Part shown: in pieces, positions 25,576 to 38,172 of the stretch | Position numbering within the stretch: the first letter of the stretch is position 1 | How the letters are laid out: every line of letters starts with the position of its first letter | Assembly (NCBI RefSeq): GCF_009834535.1 | Contig: NC_045696.1 | Location: forward strand, 9,116,001 to 9,180,000 | Source of the DNA: Camelus ferus | Taxonomy: Eukaryota | DNA length: 64,000 bases | Reading direction: 5' to 3' | Notes under the pieces: model-generated | What the model was told of the DNA's origin: nothing | What the model saw: only the letters and a program-made list of their open reading frames with translations | Databases searched by the model: none | Translations under genes and position numbers: made by a program

Positions 25576-28500
25576 AGCCCACATTGTCCACCAGTGTGTG
25601 GTGGAGTCTAGAACACTCTGTAAATGGGCGTGATCATGGTGCCAACCTCATTGCAAGGACTGAATGAGTTCAGAGATGTAAAAAATAAAACCCACAAATG
25701 AATAGCTGGAGCAAAGCCCAACAGGACCTCTGACAAATGAGGAACCCAGGGTAAAGACATAGTTGGAAGTGAGCTTTTCCTCCAGGGTGAAGGACAGTGG
25801 GGGCTGGAGAGGCTCCCAGAGGAGATGACTTCTGAGGTCAGTCTCTAAACACCCAGCCACTCAGCATCAGAACAAAGCAATGTAAATTATTTCCATGCTC
25901 CATCAGTTGTCTTTTCCCAGAGAAAGGGCTGAATTTGAAGAATCTCTAAAGAGTATTAGCTGAATATTAACTTGGAGAAGTGAGTGATGCTACTTCCACC
26001 GCCATCCATGGAGGGCAGCTCACCCCTAGTGCTTCCCAACTTGCTACTGCGCAGATTAGAACATCCTTCTGCCCCATCTCCCCGCAAACTCCCAGTCCTG
26101 GAGTGGAATCATGATTTCTCAGTACTTACCATGATTCTGAAAATGGAGAAGTGCCCTTCCCAGTGCATCTATTCATTTAGCTGCACAAAGACAAATCCTG
26201 GTCCAAAGGCATGAAAACCACTTAAATAGCATGCACAGCCCACGTAAACCATCTCCATACACAGCAAAGGATGTTCTTTGACTAATTCTCTCAGGAGGCA
26301 GCCATAACGGCTCAAAGAAGTTCACGTCTGCCATCCAGGCCTCTGCGTTCATGGAGGATACACGTGGCCATCGCATGCCACGACCAAATACCCAGAACAG
26401 ATATGACCCATACCTTGTAAAACGTTCTGCATCACATAAAAACAAGCCTGAAGATGATCAGTTTTGCAGAGTAAGCATGACACACTCCTTTTGTTTTTCT
26501 TTCAGTTCTCATTCTACTTTTGACTTATTTGTGGAGAGTTATAATTAGATCGTGCTTTGCCTTTTTTTTTTTTCCTTGAACTGATAAAGTACCGTAAATT
26601 CTGGACATCATCCATGAGTGTAGTCACTTATGAATTTTGCTATTTTTTTGCACATCACACCATGTGCAGACCCGGCTGAGAGGCATGGTTCCGTATTCCT
26701 GGCGTGCAGGAGAGTCACTGAGAGATATCATATGGTCTCCTGGCAGAAGCACAAAGTGCCTCTTGCTGTTTGATCTACTGTCTTAAACTTATATGCAAAA
26801 TCTGATAATTGGGTCAGGCAGCAGAAGGAACTGAGCAATAAAGTTCTTTTCATTTCCTTTTGCTATTTCTCCTTGTTTCATCTTTCCTCCCCCTTTTTTG
26901 CCCCCTCTTTCTCCCGACTCCCTTTCACTTTTTTTTCTCAGCACCTGAAGGAGGCAGACTGCCTTGTGGATAAAATGGATTCAAAGAGGAGGTGGGTTTA
27001 TGGCTGGACGACCCTCCAGAGGGTTTCCAGGCACCTCCATCAGCTCCTTGCTAGATGCACCTTAGATTTTTGTTCCGTTAGCCACAGTCCTGGATAACCA
27101 TCTCGAGCTTTGCAAAAGCCAAAGTCATGGCTGGGTTTACTTGTTTAGAAATATTACTGCTTTTCCAGACTTGGAGTTGTTTAATGTAAAAGGAATTCAC
27201 CATCTTCTCTCTGGTTTAGGGCATTAAGCAGACAGAGGCTTGTACTTCAAAGGGCACAAGAGATAAATGAAAAGTAACCTTCCTCTTCAGACAGAAGGAA
27301 ACCGTGATACGAAAGGTCTGACTTAGACCTCTCTGCTCAGGAGTTTCTAAACAGGGAGAGAGAACTTTTCGTTCTTGATTTCACCACTCTAAGATCTAGT
27401 GCAGAATTGCCTGTGTGGTTGCTGAATTCTTTTAGCTGGATGGAAACCTAAATATGGCCGCTTCCTAATACACACGGATTTAGCACTCACTCAGGAGGGG
27501 ACAAAGCACAGAAGTGAGAGAGCTTTCTGTCGGTGTTACCTTTTTCAAATCACAAAGGGCAGTTTCTTACCTTCAGTCCATAAACTTTTCCCCCAGGTCA
27601 GGCCACCCTCTCACTGTAGTACATGCTCCATGGATGCCCTGCAGCAGTGTTAGAATGTTCCAGAAACTTTCTCCCTGAAGACCACCTGGGGGCCTGGGAG
27701 CAAGTCATGTGGCTGCCCTCCTATGCACCCCCCTACCAGTACTGTCAGCTGGACTAAGCATGAAAGAACATTCTAGACAGTTTTAGCCTTGAGTTGAAAA
27801 TGGAGCCACAGGGAGGCCACCTGAGAGCAGGTGAGCTCAAGAATGGATCTGGCCCCTGTGAGGATGAAGGGCATCACTCTTGCCAACGGTGGCACAGCCT
27901 CCCGCTTCCACTGGGGGCCTCTCCGCTAATGGCTCCACGAGTCACTGCTTTCAGAGGGTCCAGATTTGGACCCTTCAGAGAGTCATGCCAAAGGGGCCTT
28001 TAAACTACAACCTCCATTTCTTAAAGTTCCCAGCATCCCTTCTGATGGTCCCATCCTGCCTCTCAGACCTAAGGGACCCCGTGGACGGTTGCGTTGCTCT
28101 GGAAGGATCTCCAGGCCCTGCCAAGAACTTAGAACCAACCCACCTGCTCAGACACAACAGCCAGACCAGGACGCAGTCCTAGATCTGAGTGACGTCTCTG
28201 CAGCCCGCCTCCTGAGGACCATGTGGACCCAGGAAGGTTGCAGAAGGATGCAGCCAGGGTGTAGGGCTGGGGACGGAAATTCAGCAGCCCAAAAAGGCTG
28301 ATCAGTATTGTTCCAGGACGTCCATGCTCTGGAGAGAAAGGGCTTCGGGGCAGGGAGCCTTCCACTGATCCCTGACGCTCTAGCTTGGCCAGACTTAGCA
28401 GCTGCGTTCAGGAGGCCTCCAAGCTGATTCTAATCTGAAGTAAAAAAGAGGCTGTTTCTCTGGATCAGGCAATTATGTGACATGGTGAATTGCAATTGTC

Positions 28501-29529
28501 TTTGATGGAAGCTGCCTTGGAAACAAATGCCCGCAGCCCTAGGAGAGTGCAGCCTGGTTCCGGCAGCCTCCCAATAGCAGCCCTTCAATCAAACGTTTAG
28601 GATGCTGCCGGGGGTCTCTGAGGATCCTGGTACTGGGATCAGTTAGTCACCCTTGCTGTTACACTGACATCACGCCTCAGCAATTTACTTAACATGACTG
28701 TGTGTCACTCACTTTATACCACCACAGGGCAGGAGAATCCTTTTGTGTAAAACATTAAATTAGACCTGTTCAGCGCAACACCAGAAATGACTCTTGCATG
28801 CCTTGGGCACGCCTACAAAAGGGTGAGTCCACAGCATCACAAGGGCCCCCAAGTCCAGAGGCTTTTGGGAGGACTCAGCCTCCCCCGCTGATGCTGACAC
28901 GTTTAGGAGAGTGATGCGCTCACAGTGGCCAGGTAAGAGGACTTCACCCATTATCCCCTCCTTCCAACTCAAAGCTCAGCCGAAAAACAAAACACAATGT
29001 TAGAAAACACATCTGTGACTTTGAATTACAGCCCAAAGATTTTTTTTCCCAGTTACTGAAGAAACTAGGTAATTGTCTAAATATATGTTTTTTAGACGTG
29101 CCCTCACTCTCAGGCTCCTGCCCCGTCCCCTCTGCATCTCATCAGCCGGCTTGAGTGATGAGAACCATTTACCGTAATTGCTGTTTCCTTGTTGGTAGCC
29201 TCCATCACCACGAAAAGTGAAAATCGAAAACTCTTAGGTGGAAATTAATTTAGAGACAACATTACCACAATTCTTGTATGGCGCATGTAACCATAATAGC
29301 CATTTCAGCGGGAAAAGCAAAAATAAATAGAAGGGCAAATGACGTTAATTTCCATTTGCAGCAAACCCATAATTGGATCAATGATCAGATCCTTGGGGAG
29401 AAAGTGGGTTGTCATTGATTGGTGGATGAAGACCTCTATGGACCACAGGATAGGGGGAAAGTCATGAGATGCTGCACATTGGAACCCGGCTGGAGGGTTG
29501 GGGAACCCTTAAAACCCACTGACCCCGGG

Positions 29530-29920
29530 GCTTCCTCTGGCTAACAGAGTGGTTAGACCAAGGCATCCACTTCTCCATTCAATGACAGGCGGCCCTGGGC
29601 AAGTTTCTTGACCCTGTGGGGCTTGACTTCCTCATCCAACTGGCGATTCTAAAAGTACCCACCTCACAGGACTGTAAGGATTAAGTAAGCTGGTCCATCC
29701 AGTGCACTCAAAATGATGCCATGTACTCGGTCACTTTTAAAATGTTAGCTTAATATTATTATTTATGTTTATTATTATTTATTATCCATGAATCAATGGT
29801 AAGAGGAGTAGATTTGGGTTTAGAAGATGCAAATCCGAGTTTAAATCCTCCTGCTTCCTGACTGTGTCATGTCGGGCAGGTTAACCACTCTCAGGTAACT
29901 TATTTGTGAAACAGGGCTCT
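29530..29920 (+). mobile_element. Two adjacent MIR fragments
   Basis: ccctgggcaagtttcttgacc...ttcctcatc...acccacctcacaggactgtaaggattaag and gagtttaaatcctcctgcttcctgactgtgtcatgtcgggcaggttaaccactctc. Confidence 0.65.
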
Positions 29921-30754
29921 ATCAATTTGCAAACATGTGCCAGTGACACTGAGTAAGAAAAGGGAGAGGACTTTGTAACCAAGTGTGAGACCTCAGAACT
30001 TGCCTTTCTCCCGAGGACATCGGAATTGCCTCAGAGAGGACCGTTCCAGCAAGGCTCCCAGGGACATGGCTGGTCCATCCCTTCCTTGGTGTGCAGGAGC
30101 GGGGACGCTCTGCTTCTGCATGGCTTTCCTGAACCACTACCCACCAGATACACAGGTGTCTCCAGGTGTGACCCCCAGAGCTTCTCTCTGCAGCTCTGGG
30201 GTCAGGTCAGGTGTGATGGGGAGCAAGGTCGACATGTCACTCCCAGATGCCCCACCTCTCAGAGGGGAGACCCAGACCTGAGGACACCCCTGTCCTAGGG
30301 CATGTGTGCGTTTTCTGTGTCTCAGATTTCCATCTGAAGAGCCCCATCGCTGGTGAGTATGACCACCAGGAATTCTCGGGAGGAAATGGGGCTCCACAGA
30401 AAGTAAACAGGAACATGCAGTTCTTTATACAAATATTCTCAAAGAACACTCCAAACAGCCTTCCTCCCCCCACTCCTGCCCCATGGATGGGGGTAGAAGG
30501 ACTTTTTGCTTTTCCTGTCTTATAGATTTCTTTGCTTTAGCTCTTTTGTCTTAATGCCTCATTTCCCTAAAGTCATGCCTACATAAAAACCAGAGTATCT
30601 GGTTCCCTGCAGTGGAGAAGGGGGCTAAACCAGAGGTAGCAAGACCATCAGAAGCACATAAAAACATTCCAGAGGATTTTTGTTTTCATTTCCTGGCTGC
30701 TCAGTTACCACTTTCTGAAAATTTGGAGATGAAACGTGGAATATATACTCAGAT

Positions 30755-30826
30755 CTGTGTGCATGGATGTGTTTGTGTGCATGAGGGGTGGTGTGTGCAT
30801 GTGTGGAAGGACATAGAAAGGAGTGC

Positions 30827-30857
<31 letters not shown>

Positions 30858-30950
30858 CGAGTCTAGGCGTGCAGGTGTTGCTTGTGCATGGAGCTATGTG
30901 TGTGAGCTGCCTATCTGTGAGTGTGTATCCGTGTGTGTGCATGCGTGCTC
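30755..30950. repeat. Degenerate TG-rich tract with a (TG)n core at about 30828-30855
   Basis: Directly visible. Confidence 0.9.
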
Positions 30951-31559
30951 AGATCAGTCTGGGTGTCGGCTCTGTTCTATCCACCCATCGCGCCCTCTGG
31001 AGATGCCACAAGAGATTCTAGACGTTTTGCATTTGATTCATAGATGAGGCACCTGAGGCCGAGAGAGAGAGAGCTAACTCACCTGATGGCAAAGCTGGTT
31101 TGCGGCAGAAGCCTGATCAGAAAGCAGTGTCCTCTTCCACTTGCCTTGCCGTCACGCTACTTTTCCTTCCTCTTTGCTGACTTCTGAGACCGCACCACCT
31201 GTGGGGCTGGCTTGTCACCTCCCCCACGTCAGCTGTGTGTTTCTCCAGCCCTCGCATGAGGGACAGACACCCGGGTCGAGAAGGGCGTCTGGAATCTGGG
31301 ATTAGCACTAAAACGCCCTTGTAGGCCATAAGGCTCCGCCCCCCACATGGGTCTTCACCTCCCCCACGGTGCTCAAGGTGGCATCACATCCCGGGTCCCC
31401 TGGCTGAGTCCGCGGGTCCTTCCCTGTGCTCCCCCAGGTCGGCACGAGTCCACCTGCGTGGACTCTCTCGTCAGCACTGTGAGCCCCGGGCAGGCCATGG
31501 AGGCAATGAATGAACGGCAGCCACAGCCTTCCGTCTACACAGCTGAGCTTTATTTATTT

Positions 31560-32092
31560 TACTGAAGTAGAGTTGATTTACAACGTTGTGTTAGTTTCAG
31601 GTGTACAGCAAAGTGATTCAGTTATACATATTCATATTCTTTTTTGTTATAGGTTATTACAAGATATTGAATATAGTTCCCTGTGCTCTACAGTAGGCCC
31701 TTGCTGTTTATCTATTTTATTTATAATAGTGAATATCTGCAAATTCTGAACTCTTAATTTTTCTCTTCCCCTCCTTTCCCCTTTCGTAACCGTTAGTTTA
31801 TTTTCTGTGTCTGTGAGTCTATTTCTGTTTTGTAAATAAGTTCATTTGTATCATTTTTTAGATTCCACATATAAGTGATATCATATGATATTTGTCTTTC
31901 TATGACTTTCTTCACTTAGTATGATCATCTCTAGGTCCATCCATGTTGTTGCAAATGGCATTATTTCATCCTTTTTATGGCTGAGTAATATTCCAGTGTG
32001 TGCATTTGTGTGTGTGTGTGTACCACATCTTCTGTATCCATTCGTCTGTCAGTGGACACTTAGATTGCTTTCATGTTTTGGCTTTTGCAAAT
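31560..32092 (-). mobile_element. 5'-truncated L1 (3' UTR) with about 20-bp TSD
   Basis: Antisense L1 3' UTR; TSD cagctgagctttatttattt (31540-31559) vs caactaagctttatttattt (32093-32112). Confidence 0.92.
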
Positions 32093-34169
32093 CAACTAAG
32101 CTTTATTTATTTGAACTTGAAGAGAGCAGGCTCTTAGAATACTCGGAGACCAAGGGCACTGCTCAGTGTGCCAGGCTCAGCACTCCTTGTGGCCAAGCTC
32201 GTCCCTCAGAAGCCTCCCTCACTGAGGAATCCACTGTCCATGACAGCCATGTGCTCTGGGTTTCCCTGTTCTATCATTATGACAAATAGCTGTGTGAGAT
32301 AGTGTCTCGCTGACCCACTGTCAAAACCCGCATCTTGTCTGGCCTTGAGCTGCTTCACTCAAATACTTCTCAAGGGTGGTCTAGAGCTGGAACAGCACCT
32401 CATGTGGGAAAAAAAAAAAAATCAGAGGCCATCCTTGTGGTCAAGTTCCCCCATTTCAAGCTTTTCTTCCACCCCTCCCTTCACTGATGGGCCTGGCATT
32501 TTAGCAAATGGCATGATGGAATTTTAATAGTGCAGAGGGCCTGAGAGACATCTGAGTGCAGCCAACTCACATACTTGAGGACACTGAGGCCCAGGGAAGT
32601 CTGCAGCCATGCCAGAGGGAGAGACCACGCTCTGTTCCCAGGCCAGCGGCTCCCCAGGTCTTATACCAATGCCTCCTCCTGCTGGGGCTTTGAAAGGCCA
32701 CTGTTGTCCTGGAAAGCCGAGGACATGCCACAGTGCAGGGATGTTGGCGACGGTGTTTCTTCTGTGTAGGTGTTTAGTGAGCGTTCTGGAAATTCTATCT
32801 ACTGGGCCAGATGCCCAAGATACCAATGCCATGAGACACGGCTCCGCCCTGAAGGACATCAGATGCTCTGTAACCCAGAGTTTCAACCTTGACCGCATAG
32901 TAGAATTGCCTAGGGAGCTTTTCAGAAATATTGAGAGCCAAGTGCTGGTGTCAATGTGATTTTCCCCTGTTTGCTGTGGGCCTTCCTGGGGACCAACAGG
33001 GCAGGCGCGAGTTTTGACTGCCAAAGTACAGGAACCTGTATTCAAATGTTATCATCATGGAATGCTCTCTAAGATTGTTGAGAAAGTGACAACTGTGGGC
33101 AAGTTTACTCATTTGCTTCTCAGAAGAAACGCCATGTTGACCATCTCTAATTCACCACACTTTGTAAAATGGTTTCAGTGAGAATGTATACACATTCTCT
33201 GAGGCTGAGGATGTGGAAAGTTCCATGGTGCTTAAATCTGGATTTGGGCCACTTGGTCAAGATCCTTTGGCTTAATTTTTTGCACTCAAGCATCGCCTCA
33301 AAGTGCCAGAGTGGAGCAGTCAAGAAACAAACATAACAGCAGCGACAATAGAGCAACAGAGAGATTTTAACACTTTGTAAGGAATAGAGGGGGAAAAACT
33401 ATTTCATTCGTGCAAATTTCTGTTAGCCCTTCCTTTACTGGCTGCCTGATAATACTTCTCTCAAATCCCATCAAAAAGGAAGAGCTAATCAGAGCATTAA
33501 AAGCAGAGAAAGAAATTTCTTTTGGTCAAACAGAACATCCTGTTTTGAGCCCTAAGCAAGCTCCTAAGTCAGAGAGGATGCTCAGCTCTTTGCCTTTGGC
33601 AAAACACAGGCTCTCCTTTCTAAATGTTTAAAAATGTTTAGTGAGAGCAGAAAGTGCAATGAACTTCTCAGACATCAAAAATCTATAAATTAATAAAACA
33701 CATAAATAGAACTTCCATTAAACTGGGCATGAGCTTGGAAACACAAAAAAGACCCCTGCTTAGACAGGGACATTGATTCAGAAACATAATTTGCAGAGAA
33801 AAGACCAAACATGCCTGCCCACCCACCCCCAGCCTCATTTCTCATGGAAGGCTTACTTGGGAAAGAATATCTTCTGTGCATCACGACAAAAATCATTGTT
33901 CACCTTAAAGACCGAAATAGCAGGTGATGTAGGGTCACACACTTTTATCAGCAAAATGAAATAGAAGAGCTGCCGTTTCTCACCTTGAAATCATTCACCT
34001 CTGTCCTGCTGGTGTAGTTGCCAAGGAAAGTTCCAGTCAGAGTTTCAGGATAGCTAAATTTCAAAGTCTGTTGCAGAAATATTACCTAGTTTTTTCTTCA
34101 TATATCACAATTCATCATTCTCTCAAGTGGTCTGTGAAAACATGGAGGAAACGTGAATATCCTTGTTTC

Positions 34170-34628
34170 GTTTTTTTACTTTATAAAAATTTTTTTATTC
34201 TAGTTGATTTACAATATTATATTAGTTTCAGGCGTACAACATAGTGATTCCATATTTTTACAGATTATATTCCATTTGCAGTTATTATAAAATGTTGGCT
34301 CTATTCCCCGTGCTGTACACTATATCCTTGTAGGTTATTTATTTTATGCATAGTAGTTTGTAATTCTTAATCCTCTACCCCTATCTTCCTCCTCCCCCCT
34401 TCCCTCACCCCAGTGGTCACCACTACTTTGTTCTCTGTATCTGTGAATCTCTTTCTGTTCTGTTACGTTCTTTTGTTTATTTTTTTTTAGATTCAACATG
34501 TAAGTGATAACATATAGTATTTGTCTTTCTCTGTCTGACTTATTTTACTAAAGCATAATACTCTCCAGGTCCATCCATGTTGTTGCAAATGGCAAAATTT
34601 TATTCTTTTTATGACAGAGTAATATTCT

Positions 34629-34682
<54 letters not shown>

Positions 34683-35968
34683 ATCTTCTGTATCCACTTG
34701 TCTGTTGATGGACGCTTAAGTTGCTTCCATATTTTGGCTAGTGTAAATAATGCTGCTGTGAACATTGGGGTTCATGTATCTTTTTGATTTAGTCTTTTTG
34801 TTTTCTTCAGATATATACCCAGGAATGGAATTGCTAGATCATATGGTAATTCTATTTTTAGTTTTTTGAGGAACTTCCATACTGTTTTCCACAGTGGCTG
34901 CACCAATTTACATTCCCACCAACAATGTACTAGAGTTCGTTTTTCTCCACATCCTCACCAACATTCATTATTTGTGCTGTTGTTGATGATAGCCATTCTG
35001 ACAGGTATGAGGTGATATCTTACTGTGGTTTTGATTTGCATTTCTCTGATAATTAGCAAAGTTAAGCATCTTTTCATGTACCTATTGGCCATCTGTGTGT
35101 CTTCTTTGTAAAAAGGTCTTTTCAGGTCTTCTGCTCATTTTTTAATCAGGTTGGTTTTTTTTTTTAAATTACTATTGACTTGTATAAGCTCTTTCTATAT
35201 TTCAGATATTAACCCCTTATAGGTCATATCATTGGCAAACATTTTTCTCATTCAGTAGGTTGTCTTTTCATTTTGTCAGTAGTTTCCTTTGCTGTGCAAA
35301 AGCTTTTAAATTCAATTAGGTCCCATTTGTTTATTTTTGGTTTTGTTTACTTTGCCTTAGGAGACAGATCCAAAAAAAAAAAATTGCTACAATTTATGTC
35401 AAAAAGTGTTCTGCCTATGTTCTCTTTCAGGAGTTTTATGGTTTCCAGTCTTACATTTAGGTCTTTAAATTATTTTGAGTTTAATTTTGTGTATGGTGTT
35501 AGAGAATGTTCTAATTTCATTTTTTTATGTGCAGCTGTCCAGTCTTCCCAGCACCACTTGTTGAAGAGACTGTGTCATCTCCATTGTATATTCTTGCCTC
35601 CTTTGTTGTAGATTAATTGGCCATAAGTGCATGGGTTTATTTCTGGGATCTCTATTCTGTTCCATTGATCTATGTGTCTGTTTTTGTGCCAATATCATGC
35701 TGTTTTGAGTACTGCAGCTTTGTAGCACAGTCTCAAATTAAGAAGCATGAGACCTCTGGCTTTGTTCCTTTTTCTCAAGATTGCTTTGGTTATTCAAGTC
35801 TTTCGTGGTTCCATACAAACTTGAGGATTATTTGTTCTAGTTGTCTGAAAAATGTCACAGGTATTTTGGTAGAGAGGGATTGCATTAAATTTATATACTG
35901 CTTTGGGGAGTATGGACATTTTAACAATATTAATTCTTCCAATCCATGAACATGGGATATCTACCATT
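34170..35968 (-). mobile_element. About 1.8-kb L1 3' portion (ORF2 C-terminus plus 3' UTR), disrupted
   Basis: Continuous antisense L1 text (catccatgttgttgcaaatggc, ttccacagtggctgcaccaatttacattcccaccaac, tttgctgtgcaaaagctttt, cccagcaccacttgttgaagagact). Confidence 0.95.
34633..34679. repeat. (TA)n microsatellite inside L1
   Basis: Perfect alternating TA run of about 23 units. Confidence 0.97.
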
Positions 35969-36439
35969 GTTTCTTAAAATTCATTAGGTTTGGTTAAAAT
36001 CTTTCTTATGGCTGCCATGGCCTCTTATGCCACGAATATTTTTCCTTTGCAGTTGTCTGCTAAGCCAGAAGGGCTATGCTTCCTAAATCCTAAAGGAAAC
36101 TTGCAGGGCAGCTCTCCCACTTTCCCTCCTCTTCTCATGTTCCCTCGCCCGTCACCCTTTGTCCATACTTTACTCAGTGCCACTTCACCACCTTCTCCAA
36201 AGTTCACAGACATGTCTGTTCAGCTGGTCATGATCAACCACATAAGGGATTCTTAGAGTTCAAAATTACACACAGTCAACAAAAAATAAACTCTCGTAGA
36301 ACTCAGCCACCTTGCAGGGTGATGGCCAAAGACTTTCATCCTTGGGCTCTCCATTGATTCCCAAGGTTGAGAGGGTCTTAGGATGTCTTTGATCTTAACC
36401 TTAGACTGACCCTATCTGTGGGAGCCTCGGTTTAGTGGT

Positions 36440-36765
36440 TTGGAGACAACTAGCTACTATAACAAAGGAGTTTACAAATTAAGTCATTTATCACAGTAAG
36501 TTCCTGATCAGCTTCAGTGACCCAGGATCTCCACCATGTAGCCTCGCCGTCTTCTGAGGTTGCAGTGCTCATTGGCCCCCAGCTGGCAGGAGGGTGCATA
36601 TGGAGGGTTGTGCAGGAGAGGCTTTGGAGCCAGCCCTGGAATGAGGCCCTCCACTTCTGCTCACACCCCACTCGGTCTCAGTCAGCATCTAACCACCAGA
36701 GAGGCTGGATCACTTCTCTGGTCGTGGATCCAGAAAGAACAGGAAGTCGGTTTGGTGAACACTTG
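36440..36765 (-). mobile_element. Old MaLR LTR (MLT1K-like)
   Basis: ccacttctgctcacacccca...ccagaaagaacaggaagtcggtttggtgaacact is an antisense MLT1K-type start. Confidence 0.65.
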
Positions 36766-37380
36766 ATTTAATCTCTCACACACAGAACAGCTCTGCCCCC
36801 TGGAGATCCCTGACTTTGCCCCAAGCTTCTCTCTTGGACCCCATACCCTGGATCTGCTGCTGACCCCTGCCCTTCCGTATCTTTGCCCAGGGTTTGGGGC
36901 CTGCTTCCTGGTCTGTTTTGCGCTATATCCCCCTGCTTGTTGACCTCCTTATGCATGCTGTCCAGTGCCAACCAGTGTGTCCACTGACCCCTCTGTGCTT
37001 AACCTCACCTGCCAGCCTGGCTATGCGCCCACCTGGCCCCCGCCTCTAGTTCCAGGTAGCCCCCTTGCACGTGTTAGTAGGCTGCCCACTCCACACGAGC
37101 ATCCCCTCTGCAGTCACTGCTGTCTGCTCAGGGCTGATGGGCCTCTGGCCTGGAACAGCCTTTCCCAGGAAGCCTTGGCTTATCTAAGTGCCCGAAGCCT
37201 TGAGTCACTCACTTCTTTTGACATTTCGTCTCTGCTTCTGCCTCCAGCTCTAAGCTGAACTCGCTTTCTCTTGGCTTCTCAGCTTCCACAAGAAATTAGC
37301 CCTCCACCCCCACCACTCATCCACACCTGGACACTTCACCTCCTTTGCTTTCCTAAACACTTGTCTTCTTTAGTATTTTC

Positions 37381-37700
37381 AGAAGGGGAACTGGGTGAAG
37401 GTGGTCAAAATGTACAAGCTTCCGGGTAGAGGATAAATACGTTCTGAGGTTGTAATGTCCCCCTGATGGCTGTAGCTAACCATACTGTCTTGTACATTTG
37501 AAAGTCACTAAAAGAGTAGAACTTAAAGATTCTTATCAGAAGGAAAAAAATGTATAATATGTGAAGTGATGGTTGTTAATTAAACTTATTGTAGTAAGTG
37601 TTTCAGAATATAGACATAAGTCATATCATTATGTTGTATGCTTTAAACTTACACAATGTTATATGCCGATTATATGTCAATAACACTGGGAAAAATAAAC
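37381..37700 (+). mobile_element. L1MA9-like 3' end
   Basis: gggtgaaggtggtcaaaatgtacaagcttcc...aagagtagaacttaaag...ttaaacttacacaatgttatatg...caataacactgggaaaaataaa. Confidence 0.85.
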
Positions 37701-38172
37701 TTTAGAGATATTGTAAGAGAAGAAGGAGGAGGGGGACGAGGAGGAGGACAAGGACAGAGGGAAGGTATTTTTATCTTCTCTGTCTGGTCTTATTTTGAGC
37801 CAGCATTCATGGCTGGCTCACCAGCCTTCAGCCTTCTTTGTCCCTCTCTAGCTGCCTAAGGAATCTATAGTTTAGTTTTCTATAGTTTAGTTCAGTGAAT
37901 CTACAGTTTAATTTTCTTATGTTTACCAATAAACATTCACATAGCATTTATCATACTGGAACCACTGGCACCACAACAGGCAAGAGGGTTAAATATTGGT
38001 ACAGACATCCTGCCCAGCACCCCTTAGATGAAGCCACAGAGTCAACTGTCTACGCTACATGTGCCATTAGCCAGAGACATCATCAGCCTGATGACTTTAG
38101 ATGACCCAGAAAGGGGAAAATATTTCTGAGACAAGAGAGCTTAACTTTGTAAACATGATCAAATGGCCATAG

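Noticed and set aside
26120..26450. Minus-strand micro-exon-like AG...GT pairs (7 nt and 13 nt)
   Set aside because: Not frame-preserving, opposite to the inferred host strand, and such pairs are common by chance.
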